This document shows, piece by piece, positions 32,593 to 43,923 of a stretch of 64,000 nt of DNA. A program made the position numbers and the translations under genes. Under the pieces are notes generated by a model. The model had not been told where the DNA came from. It saw only the letters and a program-made list of their open reading frames with translations, and ran no database searches. Numbering within the stretch: the first letter of the stretch is position 1; each line of letters begins with the position of its first letter. The stretch is from Pseudomonadota bacterium (GTDB lineage Bacteria > Pseudomonadota > Gammaproteobacteria > Steroidobacterales > Steroidobacteraceae): contig JBDLPS010000221.1 in the NCBI GenBank assembly GCA_039800965.1, forward strand, positions 5,877 through 69,876. Direction: 5' to 3'.

Positions 32593-32892
32593 TCATTTTC
32601 CGAACAGCCTTTCCAGTTCGGACCTGGCGGCTGCCGCCGCATCGTCCGTACCGCCCTTGAAGGCGCCTGACACCGGCCGGTAGTGGTCGCAGAAGTTGGC
32701 GCGTTCCTTGTCGCGGACTTCCTCCACCGTCGGCTCGCGGCACTGCTGGTACGCCGTACGGTCGTAGAGTGCGCAGAGCCGGCAGCAGTGCAGGTCCGCT
32801 CCGCAGGCGTGGCAGCGTTCGATGCGCCCGAAGGGCAATGCCAACGCGGCCAGCGAGGCTCCGCACTTCCAGCAGCCGATGTCATGCGCCAT
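32593..32892 (-). CDS. Cys-rich (9 Cys) zinc-ribbon-like small protein
   Basis: 99 aa with CWKC (C7/C10), CHAC (C27/C30), CCRLC (C36/37/40), C51 and C68. Its start overlaps the stop of the upstream UvrA-like gene by 11 nt. Confidence 0.6.
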   Translation of the reverse strand: MAHDIGCWKCGASLAALALPFGRIERCHACGADLHCCRLCALYDRTAYQQCREPTVEEVRDKERANFCDHYRPVSGAFKGGTDDAAAAARSELERLFGK

Positions 32893-35800
32893 GGCGTTCT
32901 CCCAGGTATCCGGAGAGTACCTCGCCCGTTCGGGATCCTTTCTTCGCGACGACCTGCGCGGGCGTGCCTGCGGTCACGACGCGTCCGCCACCGGCGCCGG
33001 CTTCCGGGCCCATGTCGATGACCCAGTCCGCCTCGGCGATGACGTCGAGGTTGTGCTCGACGACAACCACCGTGTTGCCACCATCGACCAGTCGGTGCAG
33101 CACTTCGATGAGCTTCTGCACGTCGGCCATGTGCAGGCCGACGGTTGGCTCGTCGAGGACATAAAAGGACTGACGGGTCCGCGCGCGCCCGGGCGGCGGT
33201 GCATCCGCGCCGAGATCGCCGCGGATCCGCGCGAGTTCCGTGACCAGCTTGATGCGCTGTGCCTCGCCGCCGGACAGCGTAGGGCTCTGCTGGCCCAGCG
33301 TCAGATAGCCCAGGCCGACGTCGCGCAGCAGCGCCAGCGGGTGCTGGATCGACGGATGGCTGGCGAAGAATTCCACTGCGTCGTCGACGTTCATCGCCAG
33401 CACGTCGCCGATCGACTTGCCGCGCCACTCGACCTGCAGCGTGCCCGCGTCGAAGCGCCGCCCACCGCATACGTCGCAGAGCACTTTCACGTCGGGCAGG
33501 AAGTTCATCTCCACCGTCTTCACGCCCTGGCCTTCGCAGGCAGGGCAGCGACCACCCGCCGTATTGAAGGAGAAGCGGCTGGCGTTATAGCCCCGGATGC
33601 CGGCTTCGGTGGTGCTGGCATAGATGCGGCGGATCGCGTCCCAGAATCCGACATACGTCGCGGGGCAGGAGCGGGGGGTCTTGCCGATCGGCGTCTGGTC
33701 GACCTCCAGCACGCGCTCGACAGGGTCGATGCCGGTGATGGCCCGGCAGCCGTGCAGGGCAGGCAGCTTGGCGCCAGGCTTGCGCGCGAGCAGCGCCCGC
33801 AGGTTGGCGTGGAGCACGTCCCGTGCGAGCGTCGATTTGCCGGAACCGGAGACGCCGGTGACCGCCACCAGTCGGCCCAGCGGCACTGCGACGTCGACGC
33901 CCTTGAGGTTGTGCAGCGTCGCAGCTTCGATGCGCAGCATCGGCGTGGCCTTGCTGCCCCGCAGGGTCACGGGGCGCCGCGGCGTGGACGGATGCTGCAG
34001 CGGTTCGCGCAGGAAACGGCCGGTGACCGAGCCGGGGTTGGCGATCAGGTCCCGAACAGTGCCTTCACCCACGATCTGTCCGCCGCGGCTGCCGGCGCCC
34101 GGCCCCAGATCGATCACGTGGTCCGCCCGCCGGATGGTGTCCTCGTCGTGCTCCACGACCACCAGCGTGTTGCGTTCGCTGGCCAGTTCGCGCAGGGCCT
34201 CGAGCAGGATCCGGTTGTCGCGCGGATGCAGGCCGATGGTGGGTTCATCCAGGACGTAGCACACGCCCTTGAGGTTGGAACCCAGTTGCGCCGCGAGTCG
34301 GATCCGTTGCGTTTCGCCGCCGGACAGCGTCGGCGCGGAGCGGTCCAGCGTCAGGTAGCCCAGGCCGACGCGCCGCAGGAATGCCAGACGCGACCGGATC
34401 TCGGCGATCACGTCGCGGGCGATCGCCGCATCGCGGCCGTCGAGCTTGAGGCGCGCGAAGAATTCGGCCGACTCGTCCACGGAATGTGCCGCCAGCGCCG
34501 CGATCGATTCGTCGCGGAAACGGACCGCGAGCGCCGTCGGGTTGAGGCGTGCCCCGTTGCAGTGGCCGCAGGCCTCCGGATCCCCTGTGAAATCGTTGCC
34601 CCAGGCTGATTCCTCGCCGCTCTGTTCGGCGTCGAAGCCGGGCAGCGTGGCCCCCGTTCCGAAGCAGGCTTCGCACCAACCCTGCGCCGAGTTGTAGGAG
34701 AACAGCCTCGGGTCCAGGTCCGGGAAGCTCGTGCCGCACGACGGGCAGGCGCGCCGCGCCGAAAATACCTGCACCGGCCCCGGAGCCCCGTCGCGCAGCA
34801 CGTGCACGAGACCCTTGCCGTGGTCCAGCGCCTGCGCCAGGAGGTCGCGCAGCGCTGCTTCGCCCGATGCCGTCACCGCGACGCGACCCACGGGCAATTC
34901 AATCGTGTGTTCCTTGAAGCGCGCCAGTCTGGGCCAGCCAGCCGTCGGCGTCATCACGCCGTCCACGCGCAGTTCGCGATGCCCGCGCCCGGAGGCCCAT
35001 TTGGCCAGGTCGGTGTAGTACCCCTTGCGACCCACGACCAGCGGTGCGAACAGGTCCACCGTCTTGCCACGATGATCCTTCATGATGCGCGCGGCGATCG
35101 ACTCCGGGCTTTGGGGCTCGATGGCGTCGCCGCAGTCCGGGCAATGCTGGGTGCCGAGCTTCACGAACAGCAGGCGCATGAAATGGTGCAGTTCGGTCAG
35201 CGTTGCCACCGTGCTCTTGCGTCCGCCCCGGCTCGTGCGCTGTTCGATGGCGACGGTCGGCGGTATCCCATGCACCGCATCGACGTCGGGTCGCGACGCG
35301 GGCTGCACGAACTGCCTCGCGTAGGCGTTCAACGACTCGAGGTAGCGGCGTTGTCCTTCGTTGAACACGATGTCGAAGGCGAGCGTTGACTTTCCAGATC
35401 CCGAAACGCCGGTCACCACGGTGAAGCCGCCGTGCGGGATGCGCAGGTCGATGTCCTTCAGGTTGTGTTCCCGGGCATGTCGGATGACGATGGCATCGTC
35501 GCGGCGAGGCACTGTCCGGGGCGCGTCGCGGACGCCTGCGCCGGGGCGTCCGACGTCGCGCTCGTAGGCCGCCAGCGCGCGGCCCGTGTGGGAGCGGGGA
35601 TTCGCGCGCAGCGCGGCGGGTGTGCCGGTCGCGAGGATCTCGCCCCCCGCGTCTCCGCCTTCCGGTCCCAGGTCGATCAGCCAGTCGGCGGAGCGGATCA
35701 CGTCGAGGTTGTGCTCGATCACCAGCAGCGAGTGACCTTGTTCGAGCAGTTGGTCGAAGGCCCGCATGAGCCGCGCGACATCCTCGAAATGCAGGCCCGT

Positions 35801-38353
35801 GGTCGGCTCGTCGAAGATGAGCAGCTTCCGGCCGGCTCCCGCGGCGTCGGCCAGGTGCCCCGCGAGCTTGAGCCGCTGCGCCTCGCCGCCGGACAGCGTC
35901 GGCACCGGCTGGCCAAGCCGCAGGTAATCGAGGCCCACGTCGGACAGCGGTTTCAGCCTGGCCGCGACCTCGGGCGTATCGGCGAAGAACGCCAGTGCCG
36001 TCGTCACCGTCATGTCGAGCACGTCGGCGATGCTGGCGCGTCGCCTGTCCGCGCCCTCGACTTTCACTTCCAGCGTTTCCGCGCGGTAACGACTGCCGTT
36101 GCATTCGCCGCAACGCAGGTAGACGTCCGACAGGAACTGCATCTCGATGTGTTCGAAGCCGTTGCCGCCGCAGGCCGGGCAGCGACCCGTCCCGGAATTG
36201 AAGCTGAACGTCCCTGCCGTGTACTTGCGTTCCAGCGCATCCGGCAGCTTGGCGAAGCGTTGCCGGATCACGTCAAAGGCGCCCACGTAGCTTGCTGGGT
36301 TCGAGCGCGTCGTCCGGCCGATGGCGCTCTGGTCGACCATGACCGCTTCCGTCACCTGCTCGTGCCCCCGCAGCGCGCGGAACGCGCCCGGCGACTCGGT
36401 CGGCTTGCCATGCGCCTTCAGCAGCGCTGGATGCAGCACGTCCTCGACCAGCGTCGATTTTCCCGACCCGGACACGCCGGTGACGCAGACCAGGCGTCCC
36501 AGCGGAACGCGCAGGTCGACGTTCTTCAGGTTGTGCTGGCTGGCGCCGTCGAGTTCGATCCAGCCCATGGGTTCCGCGGTCCGCGGCTTGCGAGAGGCGA
36601 GGTCGATGCGGCGTCGCCCCGACAGATAGGCGCCGGTGACCGAGTGCTTGTCCGCCCGCATGGCTGCCGGCGTTCCGTGGAAAACGACCTGGCCACCGTG
36701 CTCGCCGGCGCCGGGCCCCATGTCGAGGATGCGGTCCGCTTCCAGCATGATCTGTGGATCGTGCTCCACGACGACCAGCGAATTGCCCGAGTCACGCAAC
36801 CGCTGCATCACGCGGATCACGCGCTGCATGTCGCGCGGATGCAGGCCGATCGAAGGCTCGTCCAGCACGAAGAGCGTGTTCACCAGCGAGGTGCCGAGCG
36901 CCGTCGTCAGGTTGATGCGTTGGACCTCTCCGCCCGACAGCGTGCGTGACTGCCGGTCCAGCGTGAGGTAGCCCAGGCCGACCTCGCAGAGATAGGCGAG
37001 CCGCGACCGGATCTCGCCCAGCAGCAGATCGCTGGCTTCGTCCAGGGGGCGTGGCAGTTCCAGCTTGGTGAAGAAGTCCCGGCAGCGTGCGATCGGCATC
37101 AGCATCAGCGCGTGGATGTCGTGCGGACCCACCCGCCACAGCAACGAATCCGGCTTGAGCCGGGCGCCTTGGCAGGCGGTGCATTCGGTGTAGCTGCGGT
37201 ATTTCGACAGCAGCACGCGCACGTGCATCTTGTAGGCCTTGCGTTCCAGGTAATCGAAGAATCCCTTCACGCCGTACCAGTGCTTGCGACCCGATTTGCC
37301 GTCGCCCCGGAGTACCCAGTCGCGCTGGGTGGTCGTGAGTTCCTGCCAGGGGACATCAAGCGGGACGCCGGCGCCCTTGGCGTACTTCTCCATGTCGTCC
37401 TGGCACTCCTTGCCGGAGGGCGTCTGCCAGGGCTTGATCGCCCCCTGGCCCAGGCTTTTCTGCGCGTCGGGAATGACCAGCCCGTAGTCGATGCCGATCA
37501 CCCGCCCGAACCCCTTGCAGCAGTCGCAGGCGCCGAGCGGCGAGTTGAACGAGAAGCTGCTGGGCGCCGCGTCGGCATAGGCGATGTCGCAGTCCGCGCA
37601 ATGCAGGTCGGTGGACCAGCGCCATCGCGCGCGCTCCGCATCGCCCTCGTCGTCGAGCGCGTGCACGGAGATGCGTCCCCGCCCGCCCTTGAGCGCGCCT
37701 TCGATTGCCTCGGTTGCGCGGGCCTTGTCCGTCGTGCCGAAACGGAAGCGGTCCTGCACGACAGTGAGCGTGCTCCGTCCGGTGTCCGCTGCGTCGTGGA
37801 AGCGTGTATAGCCCTGGGATTCGAGCAGCCTGCGCAGTTCCGCCCTCGACATCTTCCCCGGGATGTCGACGCTGAAGCAGACGAGCAGGCGGGGATCGTC
37901 GTGCGCCGCTGCCGCTTCACCCAGCGCCGCGAGGATCGAAGCGGGGCTGTCGCGCCGTACCGGCTTGCCGCAGCCCCGGCAGTGCAGGACGGCGGTCCGG
38001 GCATACAGCAGTTTCAGGTGGTCGTTCAGCTCCGTCATCGTGCCGACGGTTGAGCGTGAGGTGCGGACCGGATTGGTCTGGTCGATCGCGATGGCGGGGG
38101 GGATGCCCTCGATGCGCTCGACCTGCGGCCTGTCCATCCGGTCCAGGAATTGCCTCGCGTACGGCGAGAAGGTCTCGACATAGCGCCGCTGCCCTTCGGC
38201 GTAGAGCGTATCGAACACCAGCGATGACTTGCCGGAACCGGAGACGCCGGTGACGACGATGAGTTCGTTGAGCGGCAGTTCGAGGGAGAGGTTCTTGAGG
38301 TTGTTCTGGCGGGCGCCGTGTACGCGGATCGCGCCGGTCTTGGGGGAAGTCAT
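32882..38353 (-). CDS. Tandem-duplicated UvrA-family ABC ATPase (double UvrA, four nucleotide-binding domains)
   Basis: 1823 aa. There are four Walker A copies of GVSGSGKS(S/T)L and four LSGGE(A/V/T)QR signature motifs. Each half begins with a UvrA-type N-terminus ([18 protein letters not shown] and [17 protein letters not shown]) and carries Cys-x2-Cys Zn modules. Confidence 0.9.
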   Translation of the reverse strand: MTSPKTGAIRVHGARQNNLKNLSLELPLNELIVVTGVSGSGKSSLVFDTLYAEGQRRYVETFSPYARQFLDRMDRPQVERIEGIPPAIAIDQTNPVRTSRSTVGTMTELNDHLKLLYARTAVLHCRGCGKPVRRDSPASILAALGEAAAAHDDPRLLVCFSVDIPGKMSRAELRRLLESQGYTRFHDAADTGRSTLTVVQDRFRFGTTDKARATEAIEGALKGGRGRISVHALDDEGDAERARWRWSTDLHCADCDIAYADAAPSSFSFNSPLGACDCCKGFGRVIGIDYGLVIPDAQKSLGQGAIKPWQTPSGKECQDDMEKYAKGAGVPLDVPWQELTTTQRDWVLRGDGKSGRKHWYGVKGFFDYLERKAYKMHVRVLLSKYRSYTECTACQGARLKPDSLLWRVGPHDIHALMLMPIARCRDFFTKLELPRPLDEASDLLLGEIRSRLAYLCEVGLGYLTLDRQSRTLSGGEVQRINLTTALGTSLVNTLFVLDEPSIGLHPRDMQRVIRVMQRLRDSGNSLVVVEHDPQIMLEADRILDMGPGAGEHGGQVVFHGTPAAMRADKHSVTGAYLSGRRRIDLASRKPRTAEPMGWIELDGASQHNLKNVDLRVPLGRLVCVTGVSGSGKSTLVEDVLHPALLKAHGKPTESPGAFRALRGHEQVTEAVMVDQSAIGRTTRSNPASYVGAFDVIRQRFAKLPDALERKYTAGTFSFNSGTGRCPACGGNGFEHIEMQFLSDVYLRCGECNGSRYRAETLEVKVEGADRRRASIADVLDMTVTTALAFFADTPEVAARLKPLSDVGLDYLRLGQPVPTLSGGEAQRLKLAGHLADAAGAGRKLLIFDEPTTGLHFEDVARLMRAFDQLLEQGHSLLVIEHNLDVIRSADWLIDLGPEGGDAGGEILATGTPAALRANPRSHTGRALAAYERDVGRPGAGVRDAPRTVPRRDDAIVIRHAREHNLKDIDLRIPHGGFTVVTGVSGSGKSTLAFDIVFNEGQRRYLESLNAYARQFVQPASRPDVDAVHGIPPTVAIEQRTSRGGRKSTVATLTELHHFMRLLFVKLGTQHCPDCGDAIEPQSPESIAARIMKDHRGKTVDLFAPLVVGRKGYYTDLAKWASGRGHRELRVDGVMTPTAGWPRLARFKEHTIELPVGRVAVTASGEAALRDLLAQALDHGKGLVHVLRDGAPGPVQVFSARRACPSCGTSFPDLDPRLFSYNSAQGWCEACFGTGATLPGFDAEQSGEESAWGNDFTGDPEACGHCNGARLNPTALAVRFRDESIAALAAHSVDESAEFFARLKLDGRDAAIARDVIAEIRSRLAFLRRVGLGYLTLDRSAPTLSGGETQRIRLAAQLGSNLKGVCYVLDEPTIGLHPRDNRILLEALRELASERNTLVVVEHDEDTIRRADHVIDLGPGAGSRGGQIVGEGTVRDLIANPGSVTGRFLREPLQHPSTPRRPVTLRGSKATPMLRIEAATLHNLKGVDVAVPLGRLVAVTGVSGSGKSTLARDVLHANLRALLARKPGAKLPALHGCRAITGIDPVERVLEVDQTPIGKTPRSCPATYVGFWDAIRRIYASTTEAGIRGYNASRFSFNTAGGRCPACEGQGVKTVEMNFLPDVKVLCDVCGGRRFDAGTLQVEWRGKSIGDVLAMNVDDAVEFFASHPSIQHPLALLRDVGLGYLTLGQQSPTLSGGEAQRIKLVTELARIRGDLGADAPPPGRARTRQSFYVLDEPTVGLHMADVQKLIEVLHRLVDGGNTVVVVEHNLDVIAEADWVIDMGPEAGAGGGRVVTAGTPAQVVAKKGSRTGEVLSGYLGERHGA

Positions 38354-38394
38354 GCGGCGATTCTATGCGCCGCCACTGCGGGGTGCCCGTCGCC

Positions 38395-39615
38395 CTAGTG
38401 CAGGCGCCCGCGCCGTTGCCGGTGACGGGCGAAATCCAGCGCGACGAGGATCAGTCCGGCGGCGGCGCCGAGGATGACCGACGTCGACCCGAAGCGCATG
38501 ACACACCACCCGGCGGCGGCCACTCCCAGCGCCTGGCCGAGGAAATAGCTCAATGCGAAGGCGGCGACCGCGGCGCCGCGCCGTTCCGGCGCCATCTGCG
38601 TGGCGTTCGTCTGCAGCGTGTTGTGCAGCATGTAGAAACCGACGCCCATCGCGAAGCAGGCAAGGGCCGCCACGGCGAGGTTCGAGGCCAGGGCGACGAT
38701 GGTCATGGTGGCGAGGACGAGCGTCCCGCCGAGGCGGATCAGGCCGATCTCGCCGATTCCGGCCAGCAGTCGCCGCGCCGTGAACGCGAACAGCAGGCCG
38801 CCCAGCCCGAACAGCATGGCCGCCGAGCCGGCGAGCGTGAGCGAGATTCCCAGCGTGCGGTGCAGGTGCGTGGCGAAGAACGCGAAGGCGCCCAGTACCA
38901 GCGCACCTTCGAGGAATACCGAGCGCATGACGACGCGCGCCCAGGGTTCGCGCAGCACCAGCAGGAATTCGCGCAGGAGGCCTGCCTGCGCCACCTGCGA
39001 TGCGCCGGTGGGTGCGGCGACATCCAGTTGGCGGCGCATCCGCAGCAGCAGCACGGTGCTCAGTGCGAACAGGGCGGCGATCAGCAGGAAGGGGATCTGG
39101 CGCCCGAAGTGGTCTGCGGAAAGTCCGCCGAGGAGCTGGCCCAGCGCGACGCCCAGGATCTGGCCGATCGAGAAGCGCGCAAGCACCGGTTGCCGGTGCT
39201 CGTAAGGGACCGAATCCCCGATCCATGCCATCGCGAGCGGGATGAGCGCGGCCGAGGTGACGCCCGCCAGCACGCGGGCACCGACCAGCGTGCCCAGCCC
39301 GGGTGCGAACGCGCACGCCAGCGTGGCGAGCAGGCAGCCGCCGCATCCCCAGGCGATCACCCGCAGCTTGCCGAAGCGGTCGCCCACGGGTCCGAAGAAC
39401 AGCTGGCTTACCGCGTAGCCGAGGGAGAAGCAGGTGATGACCCACGACGCGGCCGACAGCGGCACGCCGAAATCCGCGCCGAGCCGGGGCAGGAGAGGGT
39501 CCATCACGCGCTGTGACATGCCACTGCCGCAACCTGCGATGGCAAGCACCGTGACCGCGCCGATCACCAGCCTTTCGCGCGTGGCGGCATCCTGTTGCGA
39601 CGGAAGGGGATTCAC
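38395..39615 (-). CDS. MFS transporter
   Basis: About 12 predicted TM helices and an MFS loop motif [17 protein letters not shown] start at 39615 retains TM1 ([14 protein letters not shown]). The 500-aa track ORF extends over the divergent gene. Confidence 0.8.
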   Translation of the reverse strand: MNPLPSQQDAATRERLVIGAVTVLAIAGCGSGMSQRVMDPLLPRLGADFGVPLSAASWVITCFSLGYAVSQLFFGPVGDRFGKLRVIAWGCGGCLLATLACAFAPGLGTLVGARVLAGVTSAALIPLAMAWIGDSVPYEHRQPVLARFSIGQILGVALGQLLGGLSADHFGRQIPFLLIAALFALSTVLLLRMRRQLDVAAPTGASQVAQAGLLREFLLVLREPWARVVMRSVFLEGALVLGAFAFFATHLHRTLGISLTLAGSAAMLFGLGGLLFAFTARRLLAGIGEIGLIRLGGTLVLATMTIVALASNLAVAALACFAMGVGFYMLHNTLQTNATQMAPERRGAAVAAFALSYFLGQALGVAAAGWCVMRFGSTSVILGAAAGLILVALDFARHRQRRGRLH

Positions 39616-39638
39616 GCCTGCATGGTACCGTAGCGCGC

Positions 39639-40295
39639 ATGTTCGACGCGGTGCTCTTCGACATGGATGGCTTGCTGCTGGATTCCGAGCGCGTGCTGAT
39701 GCGCGCGTGGGTGGCGGCCGCGGAGGAAGAGGGCATCGCGATCCATCCTGAGGTCTACGCAGGTGTCGTCGGTCGTGCTGCGGCGGATTCGCATCGCCTC
39801 TTTGCCGAGATGTTCCGCGGTGATGTCGTGCATGCCCGGATGCGCCGCAAGGTCGAATCGTCCCTCGCGCGCCGCCGTGGCGGAGTGGTTTTCCCACTCA
39901 AGGATGGCGTCGTCGAGCTGCTGGAGGCTTTGCGCGGGCGTGGCGTGCCCTGTGCCGTGGCGTCGTCCTCCGGCGTCGACGAAATCAGGCAGCGTCTCGC
40001 CGCAGTCGGGGTGCTGCAGCATTTCGTTGCAGTGGCGGGTGGCGACGAGGTGCCCCGCGGCAAGCCGGACCCGGCGGTTTACGCCCTGGCGGCATCGCGT
40101 CTCGGCGTCCCGCCCTCGGCCTGCCTCGCCTTCGAGGACAGCGAGAACGGGGCCAGGGCGGCGCTGGCGGCCGGTGCATCGCTCGTCGTGGTGCCCGATC
40201 TGCGGCGTCCGGTCGAAGAGGTGATGGCCCGGTGCCTGTTCGAACTCGAGTCGTTACGCGAGGCCGTCGGGCACCTGCCGCGCTGGTTCCCCTGA
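39639..40295 (+). CDS. HAD-IA family hydrolase (phosphatase / beta-phosphoglucomutase-like)
   Basis: Motif I is MFDAVLFDMDGLLLDSE, motif II AVASSS, and motifs III/IV are GKPDP...AFEDSENGARAA. Confidence 0.85.
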   Translation: MFDAVLFDMDGLLLDSERVLMRAWVAAAEEEGIAIHPEVYAGVVGRAAADSHRLFAEMFRGDVVHARMRRKVESSLARRRGGVVFPLKDGVVELLEALRGRGVPCAVASSSGVDEIRQRLAAVGVLQHFVAVAGGDEVPRGKPDPAVYALAASRLGVPPSACLAFEDSENGARAALAAGASLVVVPDLRRPVEEVMARCLFELESLREAVGHLPRWFP

Positions 40296-40345
40296 TGCTT
40301 CCTGCTACAGTTCGCAAAACCAACAAGAACCTCCAAGGGGGAGTC

Positions 40346-41122
40346 ATGTCCAGGATGAATGCCCTGCTTGCCGCCACGGCGTTGGCGGCGGTCCTCGCCA
40401 CGACGGCGGGCTGCGTCACCCCGGGAGGCGCCGCGAAGCCGTCGGCCGCCGCCGCTGCGGTGGCGGACACGGCTCGCCCCGACGCCGACCGCGCCCGCGA
40501 CGCGGATCGCAAGCCGGCCGAACTCATCGCCTTTGCCGGCATCAAGGCCGGGGACAAGGTCGGCGACATCATGCCGGGTGGCGGTTACTTCACCCGCCTG
40601 TTCAGCGTCGTCGTCGGCCCCAAGGGCGCCGTCCATGCGCTGCCGCCTGCGCGGGCTGCCAATGCGCCGGCCAACGCACCGGACCCGGCGGCCGCCGTGA
40701 AGGCCATCGCTGCCGACGCGCATTACGCCAACGTCAAGGTGGGTTCATCGGATGTCGCAACGCCGGTGGCCGAGAAGCTCGACGTCATGTGGACGTCGCT
40801 CAACTACCATGACCTGCAGAACCGCCCGAACGCCGACCTCAAGGCGTTCAACAAGTGGGTTTACGACTCGCTGAAGCCCGGCGGTACCTACATCGTGATC
40901 GACCACGCGGCCAAGGCCGGCGCCGGCAAGACCACGACTTCCACGCTGCACCGTATCGAGCCTGCCTTCGTGAAGCAGGAAGTCCTGGCGGCCGGTTTCC
41001 GCTTCGCCGGCGAGACCGCGGCCCTGCAGAACCCGGCGGACGACCATTCGCAGGTCGTGCGCGAGTCGGGCATCCGTGGCAAGACTGACCAGTTCGTATT
41101 CAAGTTCCGCAAACCGAAGTAA
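40346..41122 (+). CDS. Lipoprotein, class I SAM-dependent methyltransferase-like (COG4798-like)
   Basis: An AAGGGGGA RBS precedes ATG 40346. The lipobox is ATTAGC. GDIMPGGGYFTRLFS is a Gly-rich SAM-loop-like segment, and YIVIDHAA is also present. Confidence 0.6.
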   Translation: MSRMNALLAATALAAVLATTAGCVTPGGAAKPSAAAAAVADTARPDADRARDADRKPAELIAFAGIKAGDKVGDIMPGGGYFTRLFSVVVGPKGAVHALPPARAANAPANAPDPAAAVKAIAADAHYANVKVGSSDVATPVAEKLDVMWTSLNYHDLQNRPNADLKAFNKWVYDSLKPGGTYIVIDHAAKAGAGKTTTSTLHRIEPAFVKQEVLAAGFRFAGETAALQNPADDHSQVVRESGIRGKTDQFVFKFRKPK

Positions 41123-41124
41123 CC

Positions 41125-42351
41125 ATGAAACTACGCCGTGCCGCGCACCTGCTGACGTGGGTTGTCGCCCTGATGCCCATGCTGGCCGCTGCCGCCAGCC
41201 AATCCGACCTCCTGCTGCCCCGGGGCGTGACCCTGCCCAAGGGCGTCGAGGTGCCCAACGACACGGCGATCGCCATCTACATGCCGGCGTCGAAGCTGAA
41301 ATCGCGCAGCTTCGTGCAGGGTGCGGGCATGTGGGCCGAACCGGGCAAGGCGCTCGAGGAGGCGCGCAGCAGCGTGGCCGCCAAGCTCTTCCCGAAGGTG
41401 TTGCCGGCGGGGCCGGGGATGACGGGCCAGTACGGCCTGCTTCTCGCCGTGCAGCCGGACTGGAACTTCGATGGCGGCAACCTGAAGCTGGAGCTGCGCT
41501 ATCGCGTCTACGATCCCGCAGGGCAGATGCTGCGCGAGGGCGTGCAGTTGCAGACGGCCGGCATGAACTCCTCCGGTACGCTCGGCGGCTTCCGCGCGGC
41601 GAGCTACAAGGGGATGCAGATGGTGCTCGTCGACATCCTCAAGGAGCTCAAGCCCTCGGCCGCGGCCTTCCCGCCGTCGGGTTCGCTCGCCGACGTGCCG
41701 CCGGCGCGCCTGTTCAACAAGACCAAGGCCGTCGCCACAGGCACCGGCTTCGTGATCAACAAGAACGGCCAGTTGATGACCGCTGCACACGTGTTGCGCG
41801 ACTGCCTTCTCGTCGAGGCGACCCGCGAAGGCCAGCATTTCGACGCAAGGCAGAAGGCCGCCAGCGATCTGCTGGACCTTGCGGTGCTGGATACCGGCCG
41901 TGACCTCGGTCCCGGCTTGCCGCTGCGCGTAGGACAGACCCTCACGCTCGGTGAATCCATCACGAACGTCGGTTTCCCGCTGCAGGACCTCCTCGCCGGC
42001 ACGCCGAACCTGACGCGCGGCAACGTCAGCGCCCGCGCCGGCCTCAAGGGTTCCGTCGGCCAGTTCCAGTTCTCCGCGCCGATCCAGCCGGGCTCCAGCG
42101 GCGGTCCCGTCGTGTCCGATGGCGGCGAACTTCTGGGCGTCACGGTGAGCACCTTGAATGTGGCAGCCCTCGCCAGCCGCGGGCTGGTGCCGCAGAACGT
42201 CAACTTCGCCCTCGACGCGAAACACGCCGCGGCCTTCATGCGCCGCGAAGGCGTGGAGTTCGCCGAGGTCGCGCCCCGGACCAACGGCAGCATGCAGATG
42301 GCCAACGACGCGGCCCTGTCCTCGGTCGTGCAGCTCAGCTGCTATCAATAG
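41125..42351 (+). CDS. Secreted trypsin-like (S1/DegP-type fold, no PDZ) serine protease with unknown ~190-aa N-terminal domain
   Basis: A signal peptide is present. The catalytic contexts are TAAHVLRDC (His), DLAVLD (Asp) and GSSGGPVV (Ser). I recognise no motif in the N-terminal half. Confidence 0.75.
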   Translation: MKLRRAAHLLTWVVALMPMLAAAASQSDLLLPRGVTLPKGVEVPNDTAIAIYMPASKLKSRSFVQGAGMWAEPGKALEEARSSVAAKLFPKVLPAGPGMTGQYGLLLAVQPDWNFDGGNLKLELRYRVYDPAGQMLREGVQLQTAGMNSSGTLGGFRAASYKGMQMVLVDILKELKPSAAAFPPSGSLADVPPARLFNKTKAVATGTGFVINKNGQLMTAAHVLRDCLLVEATREGQHFDARQKAASDLLDLAVLDTGRDLGPGLPLRVGQTLTLGESITNVGFPLQDLLAGTPNLTRGNVSARAGLKGSVGQFQFSAPIQPGSSGGPVVSDGGELLGVTVSTLNVAALASRGLVPQNVNFALDAKHAAAFMRREGVEFAEVAPRTNGSMQMANDAALSSVVQLSCYQ

Positions 42352-42361
42352 GAAGGCATCG

Positions 42362-42916
42362 ATGAAAAGGATGATGGTCCTCGCGGTGCTCTCCGCCGCC
42401 CCGGTCTTCGCCGCCCAGGCCGAAGAGTCCGTCGCGCCCCTGCCGGCGATGAATTTCACCAGTTCGCTGGCGGCCGACCAGCTCTACGGGTTGGTGAAGG
42501 AAAACCCGGCCTTCGGGTCCCTCGAGAAGAACCTGGTCGGCAGCCCGATCCAGTTGCGGATCACCCATACGCTGCAGCCGACCGCCGGCGGCATGGCGAC
42601 CGGACTGCTGTCGGCCATCTGGACCGGCGGCACGCTCGGCTTGCTGCCGATGGTCACGAACAACGACCTCGTGCTGCACTATGAAGTGCTCGTGAACGGC
42701 AAATCGCTGGTCTCCTACAGCTTCCAGCGCAATTTCACCCGCGCGGTGAACATCTGGAAGCAGGATGATCCGACCTACGGGCTGGGCGACCAGGGGCTCG
42801 CCTGGGCCCGGACCACCGCGACGGATTTTGCCGCGCAGGCGGCGCGCAGCGCGGAGATGGCGTCGCTCGCCCGCGAGTACGCGTACTTCTTCGGCGAAGC
42901 TGCATCCAAGCCATGA
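42362..42916 (+). CDS. Hypothetical secreted protein
   Basis: Signal peptide is MKRMMVLAVLSAAPVFAAQA. I recognise no motif. It is tightly linked to its neighbours (10-nt gap upstream, ATGA overlap downstream). Confidence 0.55.
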   Translation: MKRMMVLAVLSAAPVFAAQAEESVAPLPAMNFTSSLAADQLYGLVKENPAFGSLEKNLVGSPIQLRITHTLQPTAGGMATGLLSAIWTGGTLGLLPMVTNNDLVLHYEVLVNGKSLVSYSFQRNFTRAVNIWKQDDPTYGLGDQGLAWARTTATDFAAQAARSAEMASLAREYAYFFGEAASKP

Positions 42917-43920
42917 TCCGCGCGGCGGTGATGGTACTGGCGGTGTCGATGCTGTCCGGCGTCGCGCCGGCCCGTGCCGCGACCTGCGACCGGGCCTGCC
43001 TCGAAGGCATCGCGGACCGTTACCTCGAGGCCCTGCTGGCCCACGATCCGTCGAAGGCTCCGTTGGCCCGTGGCGCGCGTTACGCCGAGAACAACGTGGT
43101 GCTGCCGTTGCCCGACGGCCTGTGGCGCACGGTCACCGGCCTTGGGGCCTATCGGCTGAAAGTCACCGACCCGACCTGGCAGACCGTCGGCTTCTACGCC
43201 AAGGTGCAGGAGAACGGCGCGCCCGTCCTGCTGGCGACCTTCCTCAAGGTGGAGGGAGGGCGCATCACCGAAATCGATGCACAGGTGGCGCGCCTGACCG
43301 ATACGACGGGCAGCGGAACCCCGGCGAACCTGCGCGAGGACAAGCTCGGCGATGCACCGCGTTCCCAGTTCCTCTCGGAACTGCCCGTCGCGGCTCGCCG
43401 TTCCCGGGCCGAGCTGGCGGCCATTGCCGACAGCTACTACACCGGCCTCGAGAACAACCGGGGCACCAAGGTGCCGCCGTTCGCCGACGACTGCCTGCGC
43501 CTCGAGAACGGCACGCCGACTTCCGGTCGTCCCGTGCCCCCGGGCGCACAGCCCAACGGCATGAACCATGGCTGCCGGGAGGCTTTCGGTCTTGGGTATT
43601 ACCGGGACGACACGCGCCTGCGCAACCGGCGCATCCTCGCGATCGACGAAGCGCGCGGACTCGTCTATGCAACCGTGTTCTTCGACCACGATGCGTCCCT
43701 CCGGCATTACACGCTCAACGATGGCCGCGAAATCGAGGTCCGGAACACCGGTCCGTGGACCTGGAGCACGCAGGAGCTCTTCCAGGTGAATGCCGACGGG
43801 AAGATCAGCCAGGTCGAGGCCGTTCTGATGGCCGTTCCCTATGGCCAGCGACCGGCCTTCCGCACCGGGCAGCATTTCCCGAGTCCGCAGGCCGACCGGG
43901 ACGGATTCAAGGAGTACTGA
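42913..43920 (+). CDS. Hypothetical secreted protein, possibly tandem NTF2/SnoaL-like folds
   Basis: Signal peptide ends SGVAPARA. Two segments look internally similar (CLEGIADRYLEAL...GRITEIDA and ELAAIADSYYTGL...GKISQVEAV). The fold call is inference only. Confidence 0.5.
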   Translation: MIRAAVMVLAVSMLSGVAPARAATCDRACLEGIADRYLEALLAHDPSKAPLARGARYAENNVVLPLPDGLWRTVTGLGAYRLKVTDPTWQTVGFYAKVQENGAPVLLATFLKVEGGRITEIDAQVARLTDTTGSGTPANLREDKLGDAPRSQFLSELPVAARRSRAELAAIADSYYTGLENNRGTKVPPFADDCLRLENGTPTSGRPVPPGAQPNGMNHGCREAFGLGYYRDDTRLRNRRILAIDEARGLVYATVFFDHDASLRHYTLNDGREIEVRNTGPWTWSTQELFQVNADGKISQVEAVLMAVPYGQRPAFRTGQHFPSPQADRDGFKEY

Positions 43921-43923
43921 GCC

